A stretch of DNA of 35,386 nt from Reclinomonas americana ATCC 50394 (Eukaryota), in contig PS015356.1 of the NCBI GenBank assembly GCA_048213135.1, positions 25,328 to 60,713 on the forward strand. Direction: 5' to 3'. The notes below the pieces were generated by a model, which was given only the letters and a program-made list of their open reading frames with translations, was not told where the DNA came from and did not search any database. The translations under genes and the position numbers were made by a program. Shown here piece after piece: positions 11,039 through 23,400 of the stretch; within the stretch, counting starts at the first letter, position 1, and each line of letters opens with the position of its first letter.

Positions 11039-13963
11039 ATGAGCGCGCGAGGTGACCCGTCGTCCGCCTCTCTCTCTCCCTCCCTTGTGTGTGTGCGTGA
11101 CTCTCTCTCTCTCTCCACAGAGGCATCTCGATCGTCGCCTGCATCGCCCAAGAGCGGCGGTGGTGTCCCACCATTGCGACGACACACATCATCGCCGTCG
11201 TTGAATGCTGCTGTGCCGATTGTCGTCACTGCCTCTCCACCAACACCAACAGCAGCAGCAGCAGTGCAATCACCATCGCAGTTGCCTCCATGGGTGACTG
11301 CAGCAGCAGCAGCATCGTCGTCACCGATTCCACCGCGATTGGCGCCACTGTCGCCACGACGAGTGTCGATGCCGGTGCCGGTACCTCCTGCACTCGCTGC
11401 TGCCACTGCTGCTGGCAGTGGGGGTGTTGAGTCACCGCCATCACTGTCACCACCGCCGCCATCGTCGTCGTCGATGCAGACATCGATGCCGTCGGTGCCG
11501 TCGCCTGGAGGACCAGTGGTGACGAGCAACAGCGTCGCCAAGGTTAATGTGAATCTCGTTGTTTTGCTCTTCAGTGATGATAGCTTATGTAGCAAGTGTG
11601 TGTAATAGCGATTAGAGTTTGAGGCACCACCACAGCAGCGACGGCAATCGTCGGTGTCGCCGACGCGTGGGCGACCGAAAGCAATTGCGATGCCGCTGGA
11701 GGATAATACGGGAGTGGTGCCGACGCGGCATGGTATGGTATCGCCATTGTCGGAGAGTGCCTTGTCGTCGTCGTCGTATGGTTCGCCGCAGCAGAGGCCA
11801 CCGTTGTTGCAGCTGACGCCGCGAACGCGCATGCGGAGGAGTAGTGATGCGGATTCGGAGGCCTCGGACAACTCGGAGGGCTCTGAGCGCAGTAATGTTG
11901 CATGCATCCGTGGTGGTGTGTCGCGTGTGTGGTTCGCTGCTGATACAGCGCTGTGTGCAGTATGTGCCGATGTATGCGCGAGAGAGTCGGCGCAATCTCA
12001 AGCGCGGCGCCAGTCTCTTCAATGGGGCTCTGTCGCTGCCGAAAATCACCGTCGACGTGCGTCGCCGATTGCGTGCGTGTGAGTGTGTCTCTCGAAGACC
12101 ATGCATCCACTGAATCCGCGTGTAGGATGTCGCCGCGTCGACAGTGTCACCCGACGCCAAGGCCACCGCCAAGAGACGCAAGTGCCTGATTTCGATGCGG
12201 CTGGCCATGACGATTTTCGTGGTGCTCATCATGATTGTGCTTCTCGTGATCGCCGGTTCGTCTTCTACGCTCCCCGTGTCTCACACACTCGAGCGACGTG
12301 GGCTGACGAGGCCATGTGCCTGCAGTGGTTCTCATGTGGACTGTCGGTGTCTCGTCGGTCACCCAAGTGGGCACCGATCTCACCGAGCGCGTGCAGGGTG
12401 AGCTGGTCGACGCCATCACCACCAATGTTGGCATTCAGGTTCGTGATGCTTGCCACCGCCGCACTCTGCCTCCCAGCCACCCTCTCGCTGATGGAGTACT
12501 CGTAGCCGAGGGACCCGCTTATCATGGTGCGATATCTGGTGGAGCAAGGATCGGCGGGCGCCACACCGTCCTCGTTTGACGCCACCAGCAACGTTCTTTT
12601 CAATGTGGTGAGCACGTGGTCCATCGGCCCTCTTCTTCTGTGCGCACGGCAGGAATGCAGACACGTGTTCCTTTCTTGATTCAGGCACAAAACTGGAGCA
12701 ACTCGCTGCAGGCCGTGTGGGTCGCCGACACCAGCGGCAATGTCAATCTGATGCAGTTCGATCCCAATGTTTCGTGCACACATCGCCGAGCCCACCATGG
12801 CCTTCTTTGCCCCCCTTGCGGTATTGCTTAACAGCGCCACGTGCAGAATTCATCCACCGTGTGGCTCCTGCAGCGACGCGCGAACAGCGCAGTATTTGAT
12901 GGATTTGCACGCGACCTCTCCAGTTCACAGTCGACTCCGCTGACGGGAATCACACTCAGCAATCCGGTCGACTTGACCACTGTACTTCAGGTCTCCTTGA
13001 CTGACACGCCACCGCTTCGTCGTCTCACTGCACGCTGACGTGTCGCGCGCAGAGTGACACACTGAGAATACCACTCAGCGACGTGCAAGGAGTCGGCTTT
13101 GTTGGCGCACAGGGAGCCGTCGCTCCCGTGCCGGGTACCTCCACTCAGAGCGTGTTCAGTGTCGACGTGGGCACGTATTATCGACGCAGTCCAACCGTTG
13201 CGCACTGTGGGTGGTGTGGGCTTGCGTGGGCGTCTGCGTGGGCGACTCACCCTCCCAGACACAGGATGCGTCACTCAACGGCAACGGCGCCGGCACAGTG
13301 TCGGTGGCTCATGTGTTTACCAGCCTGCAATCGCAGCTTCGTGACCGCATCCTGTCTTCGGTCGCCGACGTCACGTTTTTCATGATGAGCGCCGCCGACG
13401 GCTCGCTCCTGATGCACTCGTCGGCCAATGTCGTCAACGTCGGCTATCCCTCGTCGGCCAACTCACCAATCACGGCGGCGCAGTGTGACGACTCTCGCAC
13501 TCGTTCCATTGACTCTTGGCTTCGCTCGGTGAGAGGAGCATCAACAATGAGTGACGCATTGTGTTCGTGGCTCATCCAGTGTGGTCGTCAACAGCGATAC
13601 GGCAATGACCTGTCCGGCTTCCAGTGCAACGGGAACAATGCATCGCATGACGTCCTCAACGGCCTTCTTCAGCTCTCTTGCCTCAGCTCTACCACGACCA
13701 CCACATGGCGCGGCTCATATCGCTGGGTGCGTCGTCGTGCGATGATAGCCCATTTCCTGCTGCGCTCTGCCAGACTTACCTGCACTCGTAGATGGTGGTC
13801 ACCTACATTCCCACATCCTTCCTGATCAGCCCCATCAACTCACGCCTGCTGCTGGTGGTCCTTGTCAGTGTTGGCCTCGTGCTCGTCGGTGCCCTCCTCA
13901 CCTTTATCATCATCTACCTCATGACGAGACCACTGACCCGGCTCGGCGACAAGATGCACACTG
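11039..13963 (+). CDS. Receptor-type class III adenylate cyclase, 5' half (Ser/Pro-rich N-terminus, TM1, extracellular Cache-like region, TM2, start of HAMP)
   Basis: MSAR, intron 11052-11120, EASRSSP...; TM1 MTIFVVLIMIVLLVIAVVLMW; extracellular exons; TM2 LLLVVLVSVGLVLVGALLTFIIIYL; HAMP helix 1 MTRPLTRLGDKMHT; donor G|gtgaga at 13964 just before the gap. Confidence 0.75.
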
Positions 13964-14558
13964 GTGAGAGGNNNNNNNNNNNNNNNNNNNNNNNNNNNNN
14001 NNNNNNNNNNNNNNNNNNNNNNNNNNNNNNNNNNNNNNNNNNNNNNNNNNNNNNNNNNNNNNNNNNNNNNNNNNNNNNNNNNNNNNNNNNNNNNNNNNNN
14101 NNNNNNNNNNNNNNNNNNNNNNNNNNNNNNNNNNNNNNNNNNNNNNNNNNNNNNNNNNNNNNNNNNNNNNNNNNNNNNNNNNNNNNNNNNNNNNNNNNNN
14201 NNNNNNNNNNNNNNNNNNNNNNNNNNNNNNNNNNNNNNNNNNNNNNNNNNNNNNNNNNNNNNNNNNNNNNNNNNNNNNNNNNNNNNNNNNNNNNNNNNNN
14301 NNNNNNNNNNNNNNNNNNNNNNNNNNNNNNNNNNNNNNNNNNNNNNNNNNNNNNNNNNNNNNNNNNNNNNNNNNNNNNNNNNNNNNNNNNNNNNNNNNNN
14401 NNNNNNNNNNNNNNNNNNNNNNNNNNNNNNNNNNNNNNNNNNNNNNNNNNNNNNNNNNNNNNNNNNNNNNNNNNNNNNNNNNNNNNNNNNNNNNNNNNNN
14501 NNNNNNNNNNNNNNNNNNNNNNNNNNNNNNNNNNNNNAGCCATGTGTCTTGTGCGTCT

Positions 14559-16256
14559 TCACTTTTCGGTGATTCGCGTGCCAGGAGTCCACGACTCGGC
14601 GAGGTCGGATTGTAGTCGCAATCGTTCACATTCCTCTCGTAACCTGTGTGCGTGAATCAGCAACAGCAACGACGACGTGAGTAACAAGTGGTGTGGCGCT
14701 GGCGAACCTGTGAGCCGCCAGGTCGCCGCGAGCGCGGCGTGAGAGTGCCTCGAACTGGTCGAGCACCTCGATGGCCTTGGCGAATTCGCGATTCTCGTAC
14801 AACATGTAGGCGCGGGTGAAGGTCTCCGCCATCTGGACCTCCTTGGAGGAGGCGCGATCGGACCAGTTCATCTGAGCACGGGGCGGGGAGGGGCAGGGAG
14901 GAGTTGAGAAGAGCACGCAAATGAGTGTGGCACAGCTGCAGGCAATTTTTCCGTACCACCTCGAACACCACGGTGAAACCGGTGCGACCCTTGACGCTCA
15001 CGGTCTCGAGTGGGCGACACACAAAGGACGACGAGGAGGGATCGGACTCGGCTCGTGGCCCGTCGTCGTCGTCATCGTCGCCGTCGTCAAACATGTTGAC
15101 GGCGCCGAGTTCGACGTCGAGCATCGCCAGCGAGCGCTGCATGCGTCGCCTCTCTTCCTCCATCATGCTCACTGCGATGGAAAGCGCTTGTGAGTGAGAT
15201 GCACACACACAATCATACGTGCCGAAGCAGCAGTACTCGCCTTTTCGGCGCTTGCGTTGCAGTCCGAGAGCCTTGGCCACGGTCGGCGGCATGCCCAGTT
15301 CCGACGGCACCGTGACGCACTGACGAAGTGTCTCCGACGACACCAAGATACGCGTCTCGTAGCGCTTATTCAGGCCCTCCAGTCGGCTGGCCAAGTTGAC
15401 AGTGTCACCAATCTGCGTGCATGCTTGTAAGGGCGACAACACAGAGAGAGTGGCGACACGATTGATGCAACACGAAACTGCGGTAAAACTCAAACGATGC
15501 ATGCTGCCGATATTCCCGACGTAGCAGCGACCCGTGTGGATGCCGATGCGAATGCGAATGCGCGGCAAGCCTGAACCCTCCAACTCCCATTTGGCGTTCA
15601 GTTCGCGTAGTGCACGCAAACACTCGAGTGCCGTGTGCACCGCCAGCGTCGCGTGCCTCGGTACATCGTTCGGTGCGTTCCAGAACGCCACTGCGAGTGC
15701 GAGTGAACAGCAGTGAGCTCCCAAGAGACGCATTAATTATGTCGTCCACACTACGGACTCACTGATGGCGTCGCCGATGAACTTGTCGACCGTGCCCTCG
15801 TGTGACACAATCACTTGCGACATGGACTCGAGGAACTCGGTGAGCAGTTTGACCAGGCGCGCCGAGTTGAGCTCCTCGGAGATGGTGGTAAAGTCCTCCA
15901 CATCGCTGGGGTGGAGCGACACATCAGTGTCAAGCATTCTGTGGTCGTACACGACACGTTTCCACGTTACCAGAAGAACACCGACAGCTCGCGCTTCTCC
16001 ATGCCGACACGCACAGCCTGCGGAAACACACAGTGAGGGTGGTGAGTACCAAGCATGCGACATGGGTGCATTCATGTGTGCACACAGCGTACCCTGTTTT
16101 CGCCAACAATCTGCTTGACCAGCTGCACGGGCACGAATTTGGCAAACGAGGCAATGCCGGTGAGCATCTTCGAGAACGACGTCTGCGCCTGGTACATTTC
16201 GGAGAGGCGCGACTGTGGTTTGTAGTGCCGCTGAAAGTCCCACTCCATGCGTGCCA
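14559..16256 (-). CDS. Class III adenylate cyclase, 3' half (rest of HAMP, catalytic domain, TPR-like tail); opposite orientation to its apparent 5' half
   Basis: (V)ARMEWDF..SRLSEMYQAQTSFSKMLTGIASFAKFVP; VFFCDVEDFTTISE; GTVDKFIGDAIMAFWNAP; IRIGIHTG..VGNIGS; FTAIGDTVNLASRLEG; VSVKGR; last exon ..SWTPGTRITEK-TGA (14559-14561). The Lys and Thr specificity residues indicate ATP (class IIIb-like). Confidence 0.9.
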
Positions 16257-16335
16257 CTGAGAGGGGTGGGGCGATGAGAGGAACGACGAATTCTTTGAAT
16301 GGTGTGCGAACTGCANNNNNNNNNNNNNNNNNNNN

Positions 16336-16656
16336 GTGTCGTCGATCATGATCTCCTCCTCGGCCACTGCATGCGCCGACTGTCGCCAGCCTGCAGAGCG
16401 CGCGCGAAAACATGTGAGCAATCCGCGCTTTCTTTCGATATCAATCGCCGACACGCAAAACACACATACCATAGTCCGGCTGCAAGTCTAATGGTGGCAG
16501 CTCCTCCGAGTGCTCATTGTCTGCACAACGCGTCATGTGAGTGAGAGTGAGTGGGCAGTGTGGAGAGAGTGAGAGCACGAAACTCGGTTCAAACTCCCCG
16601 ATTCCATCATGACCTTCGTCGTCTTCGGTGGCGACAAACGAGGACTGTCGTTGCAT
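16336..16656 (-). CDS. 5' exons of an unknown acidic protein, truncated by the gap
   Basis: ATG 16656 MQRQSSFVATEDDEGHDGIGEFEP, intron (A|gtttcg 16583), NEHSEELPPLDLQPDY, intron, GWRQSAHAVAEEEIMIDD, then gap. Phases are compatible. Confidence 0.5.
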
Positions 16657-17450
16657 GACGACTGCGACTCGGCGATGCGCAGTGTCACACTCTCTGCTCA
16701 CACAAAGAGAGGAGAGAGAGAGAGGAGATGCAAAAAGTGAGGGCGCGCTCATCAACCGTCCACGCACCCACGCACACACACACACGTACCACAGACGAGG
16801 GGTGCACTGCTCTTCTTCTCCCTCTCTCGCTCTCTCTCACGCGCGCGCGAAAGATGGAGAGCAGGTAGTGAGGGATGCCGTCTCTCGTCGCAAAATGCAA
16901 AATCGAGTTTCGCGCGCAAAAAATCGCCGCAACGGTTACTTTTGCGGTCAACACGAGCTGCACTTGTCGGATTCGCTCGCAGCACGAGGTGCAAGCGCGT
17001 TCTTTTTTCCTTTGCTTGTTTGTGTTGGTATGTGTGCGGTGATCAGCACCTTTGCTGCTGAGCAATTGCTGGTGTTGACGCGGAGGTCGAACGACGAGCA
17101 TGCACTGCAACTCCCGCACATGCGATTCCGAAAGGAGCGAGTGCNNNNNNNNNNNNNNNNNNNNNNNNNNNNNNNNNNNNNNNNNNNNNNNNNNNNNNNN
17201 NNNNNNNNNNNNNNNNNNNNNNNNNNNNNNNNNNNNNNNNNNNNNNNNNNNNNNNNNNNNNNNNNNNNNNNNNNNNNNNNNNNNNNNNNNNNNNNNNNNN
17301 NNNNNNNNNNNNNNNNNNNNNNNNNNNNNNNNNNNNNNNNNNNNNNNNNNNNNNNNNNNNNNNNNNNNNNNNNNNNNNNNNNNNNNNNNNNNNNNNNNNN
17401 NNNNNNNNNNNNNNNNNNNNNNNNNNNNNNNNNNNNNNNNNNNNNNNNNN

Positions 17451-20400
17451 ATTGACGGCGGAGGCGGACGATGACACGGCCAACACGGCGCGCGGTGTGC
17501 AGCTGGCGCTCACGCACAAGCAGCTGAGCCAGCGAGCTTTGTTGCGCTTGTCGGCCACCTCGTCGTCGCCCAACTTCCTGCAGCATGCGCGGAGTGCGTC
17601 GCAGCGCAGTCTCGACAGTCTGCCGGGTCGGTCGGCGCCGCCTGCGGTGGTGGCGTTGAGCGTGTCCAGTCCGCTGCAGCGCAAGGACTCGGGCTTTGCC
17701 AGTTGCGTACTGCGGTGTCCGTTTCGTGTCTCCCTGCCTGCTGTGCTCTCATTGCATGTCGGGCGTGCACGCACACAGGTGGGAGTCGGCCCACGCGCAT
17801 CACGGTGGACGAAGCGCAGCTCTCGACGGGACAGCCGACGCCATTCACCGCGCGTGTGCACGGAGACGGAGCGCACTTTACGGTTAGTCTTTTTGCTGCC
17901 GTCAACTCCACCACGCGTCTTGATCATGCGACCTCACCCACCAATGCAGATGGATGTGTTGATGACGGAGCCGGCGGTGCCGGGTGTCGTCAAGGAGGTG
18001 CTGTCGACTACCACGTTTGGTTTTGATCGGCGATTCTTGGTGAACACTGTCCGCCGCAACGTGTGGTCCAGTGCGGTCGACCACTTCACCGTTGCGTCCC
18101 ACGTCGCTGCCATTGTTTTTGTTTCGACGTGTGCGCCACCTTACCTGCATGAAAACAGCGACCAAGCGAGGCTCCGATGCACGAGCGCCTCGACGAGTGG
18201 CACCGCCTGGAGCTCGGCCCCTTCATGGAGTACGATTTCGAGTTCCGCACTCGCCGAAGCCTGTGGAGCAATCGGGCCAACCAGTCGTATGGTCCACGAT
18301 GGTGGAGCGCGGTGTGGACCACGCTCGTCGTGTTCTTCAACTTGATCGACTTTCTACTGTTCCACATTCCATTCAACATCCTCCGCTTCGGGCGTGCACT
18401 CGTGCGCACCTTTGCTTCGCGTCACCCCGGCGAGCCGCGTGAGGGATTGCATCGTTGCGTGTGCACGACAATGCTCTCTCTTTCCCTCCCCTTTGGTCGC
18501 TCACAAGTACAACAGGCAAAGCACGGCGATTGTGGCGAGAGGAAGGGCGGCGAAAGTGTGCGCTGGCCGACGGCACTCCGAATCACCCGCACTACCTGCC
18601 ATCACCGAATTTTTCCATTTCTTGTTGCGTTGCAGTGGCGTCGTGTGTTGCTGGTTGATCCGCATGCGCTCGACTCACCACACTCTGCGGGGGCGGTAGC
18701 GGTGCGCGATCTCGATGCTGACGAGGCCGAGGTGCAGTTGGCAGTACATCGTGTGCGTGAGATCCTTCTCATGCGCCTGCTGCAAGTGGCCGTGGGGCCG
18801 TTCGTGTCGGCCGGCTACGGACTCTTTCGCTTCCTGTACGTGCACGTACGCCAGCAATGGCTGCGTGGTCACTTGTCCGAAATCAATGTGGCGCCATATG
18901 TGCAACGCCATGTGGCGCTGTTCCATGTTGCGCAACCATGCTCCCTCTACTCCTGCGTGTGGTTTCTGCCGCACTGACACAGTAGTACGCGCAGAACATG
19001 ATCTCCGAGGTCAAGTATTGGCGCGAAATGACACGCTCACGCCTGGACTACGTGGTGCCGACGCATCAGCAGCTGCTCTACCAAGACATTTCGGATCTGT
19101 TCTTCGAGGAGGACTTTTTGTTCAAGCGTCGTCCGTTCAGCGACGGCCAGGGACTCGGTTGCGTGTGGGACGACGGCGTTGAGAAGTTCGACGACATTGT
19201 TCAGCTGCTGCGCCCGAGTAATGCGCTTCCGCGTCCGGGTGATCCGGCTGCTGAGAGTGCACCGGAGGGACGCGAGCAGCGCATCAAGGAGTGCTGGGCC
19301 TGGGCGGCTCACATGCCGGCTCGGACGGCGCCACTCAAGACATTCCGCGAACGGTCCTCTGACGTGTGGTGGAAACCAGGTGCGTACGAGTATGCATGCG
19401 CGCTCAAGAGCGATGCTTACTCATGTTGTTTGTGCAGGCTTTTTCACGGTGATCTCCAACGTGTTCCCGATGCTGAATTTTGGCTCGGTGTTCGTTTTCC
19501 TGCAAGTCTGGCTCGTGCACTACGATCGCCTCGGTCCCATCGAGGCTGCCTATGCGTACGCCGCGTTGCGCGTCATCTTTTTCGGACTTGGGGTAAGTTC
19601 TGGTCTTGCCATTCTGCGTGCACGCCGAGAATTCGCTATAACGATACACTCTGCAGTACTTGGCCGACGCGTGGACGTGGGCGCCGCACAATCCAGTAAC
19701 ACCCGACCAGTCGGCGTCGCTGAAAATGTCGCGACGACAGTGGCACCAGGTGGGCATGCGTGTCCTGGTGGTGACCATGTCGGTGCTTGGCACGCTGGCC
19801 ATGGACACGGTGTTGCTGCTGCGCGGCGAGAAGCAGCTGTGGGATACGACACTGGATACAAACTCGCCACGGCAGGTTTGTCGCTACGTGGTCGTCGTGT
19901 GTGTCTCCTCCTCCTCCTCACGTGTGACCGCGCAGATTGCTGTGTTGGTCATCACCCGCTGCATTGTGATGCTGCTGACCATGACCGTGACAGGAAGCAT
20001 TGCGTTTATCTTTTCGCTCTCGCTTCTGTCGTTGATCAAGGGCTGGTGGATCGGCTTCTCCAGTAACCGAACGTGGAACCAGGTGCGGCCACTGACCATG
20101 AAGCATGCAAACCAGAGTTCGTCTATTGTCTCACGCGCTTCACCACAGATGGCCAACATTGTGGCGCCCAAGAAATCCGCCATCCGGAAGCCGATCAAGC
20201 CAGTGGAGCCGTCGGGTGGATGGACTGCTGTGGGTGCGGATCGTCACTTCTTGTTTCTTCGCTCTATTGCTCGCGACTGACTCCTCGCATGTAGGCCTCA
20301 AGTCGCCCACCAATGCCGCCGCTATTCGTATCAGTGCCGCCCTGCCGTCGTCTCGACGTACGGCGAGCATGGCCAGTGACGCGGACGATGTAAACAAATT

Positions 20401-23400
20401 GCATGTGGACCGCGAGCTGGCCGGCGTACCGAACAAGGAGTGGAACAAGCGCGAGCGTCTACCGGCCAACCTGTCGATGAAGGATTGGGATGTGGAGTCG
20501 GTGCCGAGTTCGTTGGCGCCAACTGTCACCATTGCTGGCGGCGATCGGCTGACGGCCATGAGCTACGGCGATCACGTACTCACCATCAGCACCAAGATCG
20601 AGGTCAAGTTTGCACGCATCTTCATTCCCCTGGAGCACGACCCGATGCGCATTCGTGTGGCGTGGGCGCGCTATCTCAACCTGATCTTCAACGACTTTTT
20701 CAAGCGCTCGTTGCTGCTGGAGCAAGAGTACAACATGTACAAGCGTGCTCTCGCCATCCGGCACACCTCGCGCACCGACTTTTTGGCCGGCACCTGCAAC
20801 CTGCGGCATTTCGTGTCGCTGCTTCGCCGGCGTCCGCCAAAGAACCAGGAGGCACGACGTCGCCTGTCGACCAATTTTGACGGCCTTCTCAGCAACAGCA
20901 TCCCCACCGTCGATCCGGTCACCTGCATGCCGTCGTTCTGCATCATGATTCCGAGTGGTGCGTGGGTTGTGCACTCTGTGATTTCAAACCTTCTGTTTTG
21001 ATTAACTGACTCACTTTTGTGCACGTGCAGGTGACGAGCCGTTCTTGTACACCATGGATCAACTGCTGGAGGTCACCACGAATCGCGCACCGATTTTGCT
21101 TCACATGATAGAGCGGTACCCGAATGACTGGAAGAACTTTGCCGATCGAGTGCTGTCGGACCCCACCTTTGCCGACGAGGATGGCGACGCCATTGACATT
21201 ATCTTTACGCGCGGCGCACAACGGTCCAACGTGCTCGAGCTGATGGAGCAAGGCGACTATCCACTTGTGTACCACTCGTTCCGCAGCTTCAGCGTGCCTC
21301 TTCAGCGCAAGATTCGCGAGTGGGCCTGCGGACGGTACGTGTGTGTAGATGATGATAATGCTGATGCTCGTCTGCGGCACTGACAATGACTCGCTTTGGT
21401 TCTTTCTCACTACAGTTTCCAACCACTGTTCCGGTGTCTGGAGGGCGTGGCCGGCCAGCGCGATGCCCTCATCTTCCTGCACCGGCTGCAGAACCCGCGA
21501 GACCCCATGAGCCGAGCCATCGAGGTCGTCGACCAGAAGCTGCAAGTGGTGTTTGGCTACCAGTCGTACGGCAAGGTACCTGGAGCCTCGCTGAGAATCG
21601 CCTTCTTCTCTCACTTGCTCACTCGTTGCCGATTACAGCTCAAGCAAGCTGCTGACGGCGATGCGTCTGAACGCGGAGGCCTCCTGAGCGACATTAACAC
21701 GACGCTGGCCAAACTACCGTTCATCGATCTGGTGACCGTGGAGGCCACCACGTTTGAGGGCCAGACCGTGTACGACTCGGTGTGTTACAAGTTTGATCAG
21801 CGACCCGACGGTACCGTGTTGCGTGTCGAAAAGGCTCGCGTGCGAGTTGCGTGCCATGAGAGAAGTGCAGTCGTGTCGAAGACCAGGTTCCACACACGCT
21901 CACTTTCCCCACCTTGTGCAGTTGCCCGGCAATCCGTTCTTGTGTAGCGGCAAGGCAGAGAATCAGCATCAGATGTTTGTGCACGTACGCACTGAAATCG
22001 TGCAGGCTGTAGACTGCAACCAGGACTCGTACTTTGAAGAAATGCTCAAGGTGATTGATCTCCGCACATGTCGTTCGTTCTCTTGATGCACTGACGCGGT
22101 TGATTTTGTGGCAGGCCCCCTGCGCGTTGCGTGAGTTTGCTTTGAATCCGGAGGTGCGAGTCGTCGGATTCTCGGAGACCGTAATCACCGAACGATGGAA
22201 CTTTGTCGGTCGGCTGGCGGCCTTGGCCGAGCGAGCGTTCAACACCACCGTGCAACGCGGTCTCGGTATCATTGGTCTTCGCGCCCACTACGGTCACCCC
22301 GACTTCATCGATGCACGATTCGCTCGCTCCTGTGGCGGTCTCTCAAACAATGCCTACGTCAGCGAGGACATTTTCCTCGGTCTCAACTTGTGGATTCACG
22401 GCTACGAGTCGACGCATGTCGACTATCTGCAGTACGGCAAGGCTCGTGACACGAGCATGCTCACCACGGCCAAATTCGAGTCGAAAGTGGCTGGCGGCTC
22501 TGCGCAGGCTGTTGCGTGGAGATTTCTTGATTTTGAGCACACACGAGCACATCCTCACGTGCTGTCCCATCACGCAGTGCATGTCGCGTGAGGTGCATCG
22601 CTTGTACCGATCGCGTTTGTTTGGTCCGCTGCAGCGGTACTGCTTGTATCACTCCAACATGGGCTTCTACTTGAACCACTACATTGTGCGCAACGTTGTC
22701 ATTTTCTGGGTCCTCACCCACATTTGCATCAACATGGCCAATCACGTTGCGTCTCGAGCGTACCGTACTCTTCTTCTCTTCACTGCACTCGCATCTCACC
22801 AATAACCTCCCCGCGACGCAGTGGATCGAGTCCAAGTTCTTTGTGGCCACCAGCAACGATCCCTGGTTCCTGGCTGTCGGCATGTTCCTTTCCCTGCCCG
22901 CCATTTTCACCATGTGGATTGATCGCGGTTTACTGGGCGGCACTTGGTATTTCATCAAATACGTCGTGCCCATGGCTGGCTATCAATTATTCCACGTCAG
23001 TACCAAGGCCTACGGGTGGGGCATCGGTATCTCCTCGGACGCCAAGTTGCGCCTTCAGAGGGGGGATGCACACGTTTTTTTATGTGGCAGGTGACGGCAC
23101 GGTAGTAGATGTTTGCAATCTCTCTCCCGCACGCATGCACATACAGAGCACTTTGTCTGTGTCTGTCACTCTCTTCTCTGTCCCCACCGGTGACGTGCTT
23201 CCAATCACACACGCTCCCTGTCCAGCTCTTTGTATCCGCCTAACTGGACCGGCATCACTGACGAACCTGCGTCTCCTGACACGGTGCGTCTGATGGATCA
23301 CGACAGATACATTCAGACGGGGCGTACGTTTGGTCTCGAGCACACGCGGTTCCGCGACATTTTGCTGCAATTCAACGACTCGCACTTCAAGTACTGCTTC

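Noticed and set aside
2050-16256. 7TM-RGS, Rab5 GEF and adenylate cyclase as a signalling gene cluster
   Set aside because: These families are large in protists and gaps separate the contigs; adjacency alone is not evidence of a shared pathway.
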